A DNA stretch of 64,000 bases from assembly GCA_002633005.1 (NCBI GenBank), contig NMRA01000182.1:381077-445076 (forward strand), written 5' to 3'. The notes under the pieces are model-generated. The model saw only the letters and a list, made by a program, of their open reading frames with translations, did not search any database and had not been told where the DNA came from. Each line of letters starts with the position of its first letter. Within the stretch, counting starts at the first letter, position 1. Of the stretch, positions 62,681 to 64,000 are shown piece by piece. Source of the stretch: Phoronis australis (lineage: Eukaryota; Animalia; Phoronida). Made by a program: the position numbers and the translations under genes.

Positions 62681-63319
62681 GTCTTCAGTCACTTTTCATA
62701 AAACAGCTGCAGGTGTTCACTTAGCTCTCTTAGAAAGGAGATTTGAAAAGACACCAAACTCGGTTTTGACCTATTAACAGATGTTAAAAACGACTTTCCC
62801 ATCCAATTTTCTGAAGCAAAATAATGCACTGTAACCCTTGACAACCCTCAAATATTTCAAACACAATTTGAAACTTCCTTTAAAATCTGCTAAACGGGTA
62901 AGGGTGACCTAGGCTTCAGGGAATTGTATGACAACTGTTGGGAAAGACCACCTACCAAGAATCATGATATCCTAAATGTGTCACAGAGAGTATGAGTTTT
63001 GATTGAATCCTACTAAAGTGAGTCTCCAATGATGCATTAGCAGGTGGTATAATGAGAATTGGTTGAATTCACAAACCAGGGTATAGTATTTTTTGAACTA
63101 TTGAGTATAAATTGTCTTGGTGCAGAAAGGCTTAAATAAATGTCTTGTAAAACATACCAATCTCTGAGCTAAACTCTGTCAGTAGTGTTTCGCAGTCTGT
63201 GTATTGGCTTCTTCGGTGAAGTGCCTAAAAATGACTGATTCCTAAAAATGAACATTTATTTAAACTATTACGTAATTCTTCTGTATGCTTACCCGTACAG
63301 ATAATTTTTTATTTTTAAA

Positions 63320-63548
63320 GTAAGTGTCGTGACATGCTGCTGGGGAATAACATTGCAAGAAGCAGGCTATGTGAGTCTGCGAAGTACGTCATTAGTGCAA
63401 AGGTCGCCTATTTGCAGACATTTTGTTTTCACATTTACAAGTTGTCAATGAATACAACTGCACTCTTTGTTTAGCATAGATGTTTTTTAAAATAGAATTA
63501 TTCTTACTATACATTAGCACAGTAAGGAGCATCCAAATGTACTTTTAA
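63320..63548 (+). repeat. Dispersed repeat family, copy 3
   Basis: Similar to 15236-15460 and 62455-62680. Confidence 0.8.
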
Positions 63549-63596
63549 ACCAATTTACTTCTCACATGGTGAATGTTTTTTCTTTTTTCTTTGCAG

Positions 63597-63790
63597 AGTT
63601 CCATTCAGTAACATTGTGGTGGGATTGCTGTCTCAACAGCTCCTCTTGCAGACTGTTGGCTGTGTTCTCCTACAGGGGTCACTGCACGTCACACAGGAAG
63701 TAAGGCACATGATGCCCAGCAGTCCAACAGAGCCTCCAGCCAAACACGGCTTCAACGTTGATGGATTGGAGACAGAGAGTAAACTACCTG
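63597..63790 (+). CDS. ARFGEF3: ARFGEF3 coding exon 32 (last in window)
   Basis: VPFSNIVVGLLSQQLLLQTVG...KLP; ttgcag/gttagt; no stop, gene continues. Confidence 0.88.
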
Positions 63791-64000
63791 GTTAGTGAAG
63801 GGCTTCTGTATGTACAATGAAAAATCTTCAATTTGGGACAAAATTAATTTCTAAAATGATGTTTGATTTTTAAATTCTTACTATATTCCTGCAATTGCTT
63901 TAATTTTTACCAAGTGGCAAGCATACAGTGCAAACCATGCTAACAAGGTAAAATTTCCTTCAAAATTATTTCTGTTGAAAAATTTGACAAAATGAAATCA

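Larger units (their letters stand above)
7055..63790 (+). other. ARFGEF3: Multi-exon gene, brefeldin A-inhibited guanine nucleotide-exchange protein 3 (BIG3/KIAA1244) orthologue; 32 coding exons in window, 3' end beyond window
   Basis: Exons chain in frame through GT/GC-AG sites (5167 nt, 1722 aa). Peptides resemble recalled BIG3 segments: [111 protein letters not shown]. Confidence 0.93.

Overview
AT-rich animal (invertebrate, probably marine) genomic DNA from a heterozygous draft assembly. Almost the whole window is one + strand multi-exon gene that I recognise as ARFGEF3/BIG3 (KIAA1244). I traced 32 phase-compatible coding exons by hand (ATG at 7055, 5167 nt, about 1722 aa); the gene continues past the window end and includes a GC-AG intron and two NAGNAG acceptors. 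Nested antisense in the intron after coding exon 4 is an intact single-exon-CDS Toll-like receptor (26636-28861, 741 aa). It has a short multiple-cysteine-cluster architecture, a Cys-rich insertion in the internal LRRCT and a divergent TIR, and a decayed LINE fragment lies just past its stop codon. The introns hold Helentron-associated (DINE-1/HINE-like) elements (one apparently a presence/absence polymorphism), MITEs, a tRNA-derived SINE family, LINE fragments and minisatellites, two of which begin at splice donors. Four near-identical duplications abutting single Ns, two containing exons, are most likely uncollapsed haplotypes. No prokaryotic features or CRISPR arrays. All family assignments come from motif recognition, not database searches.
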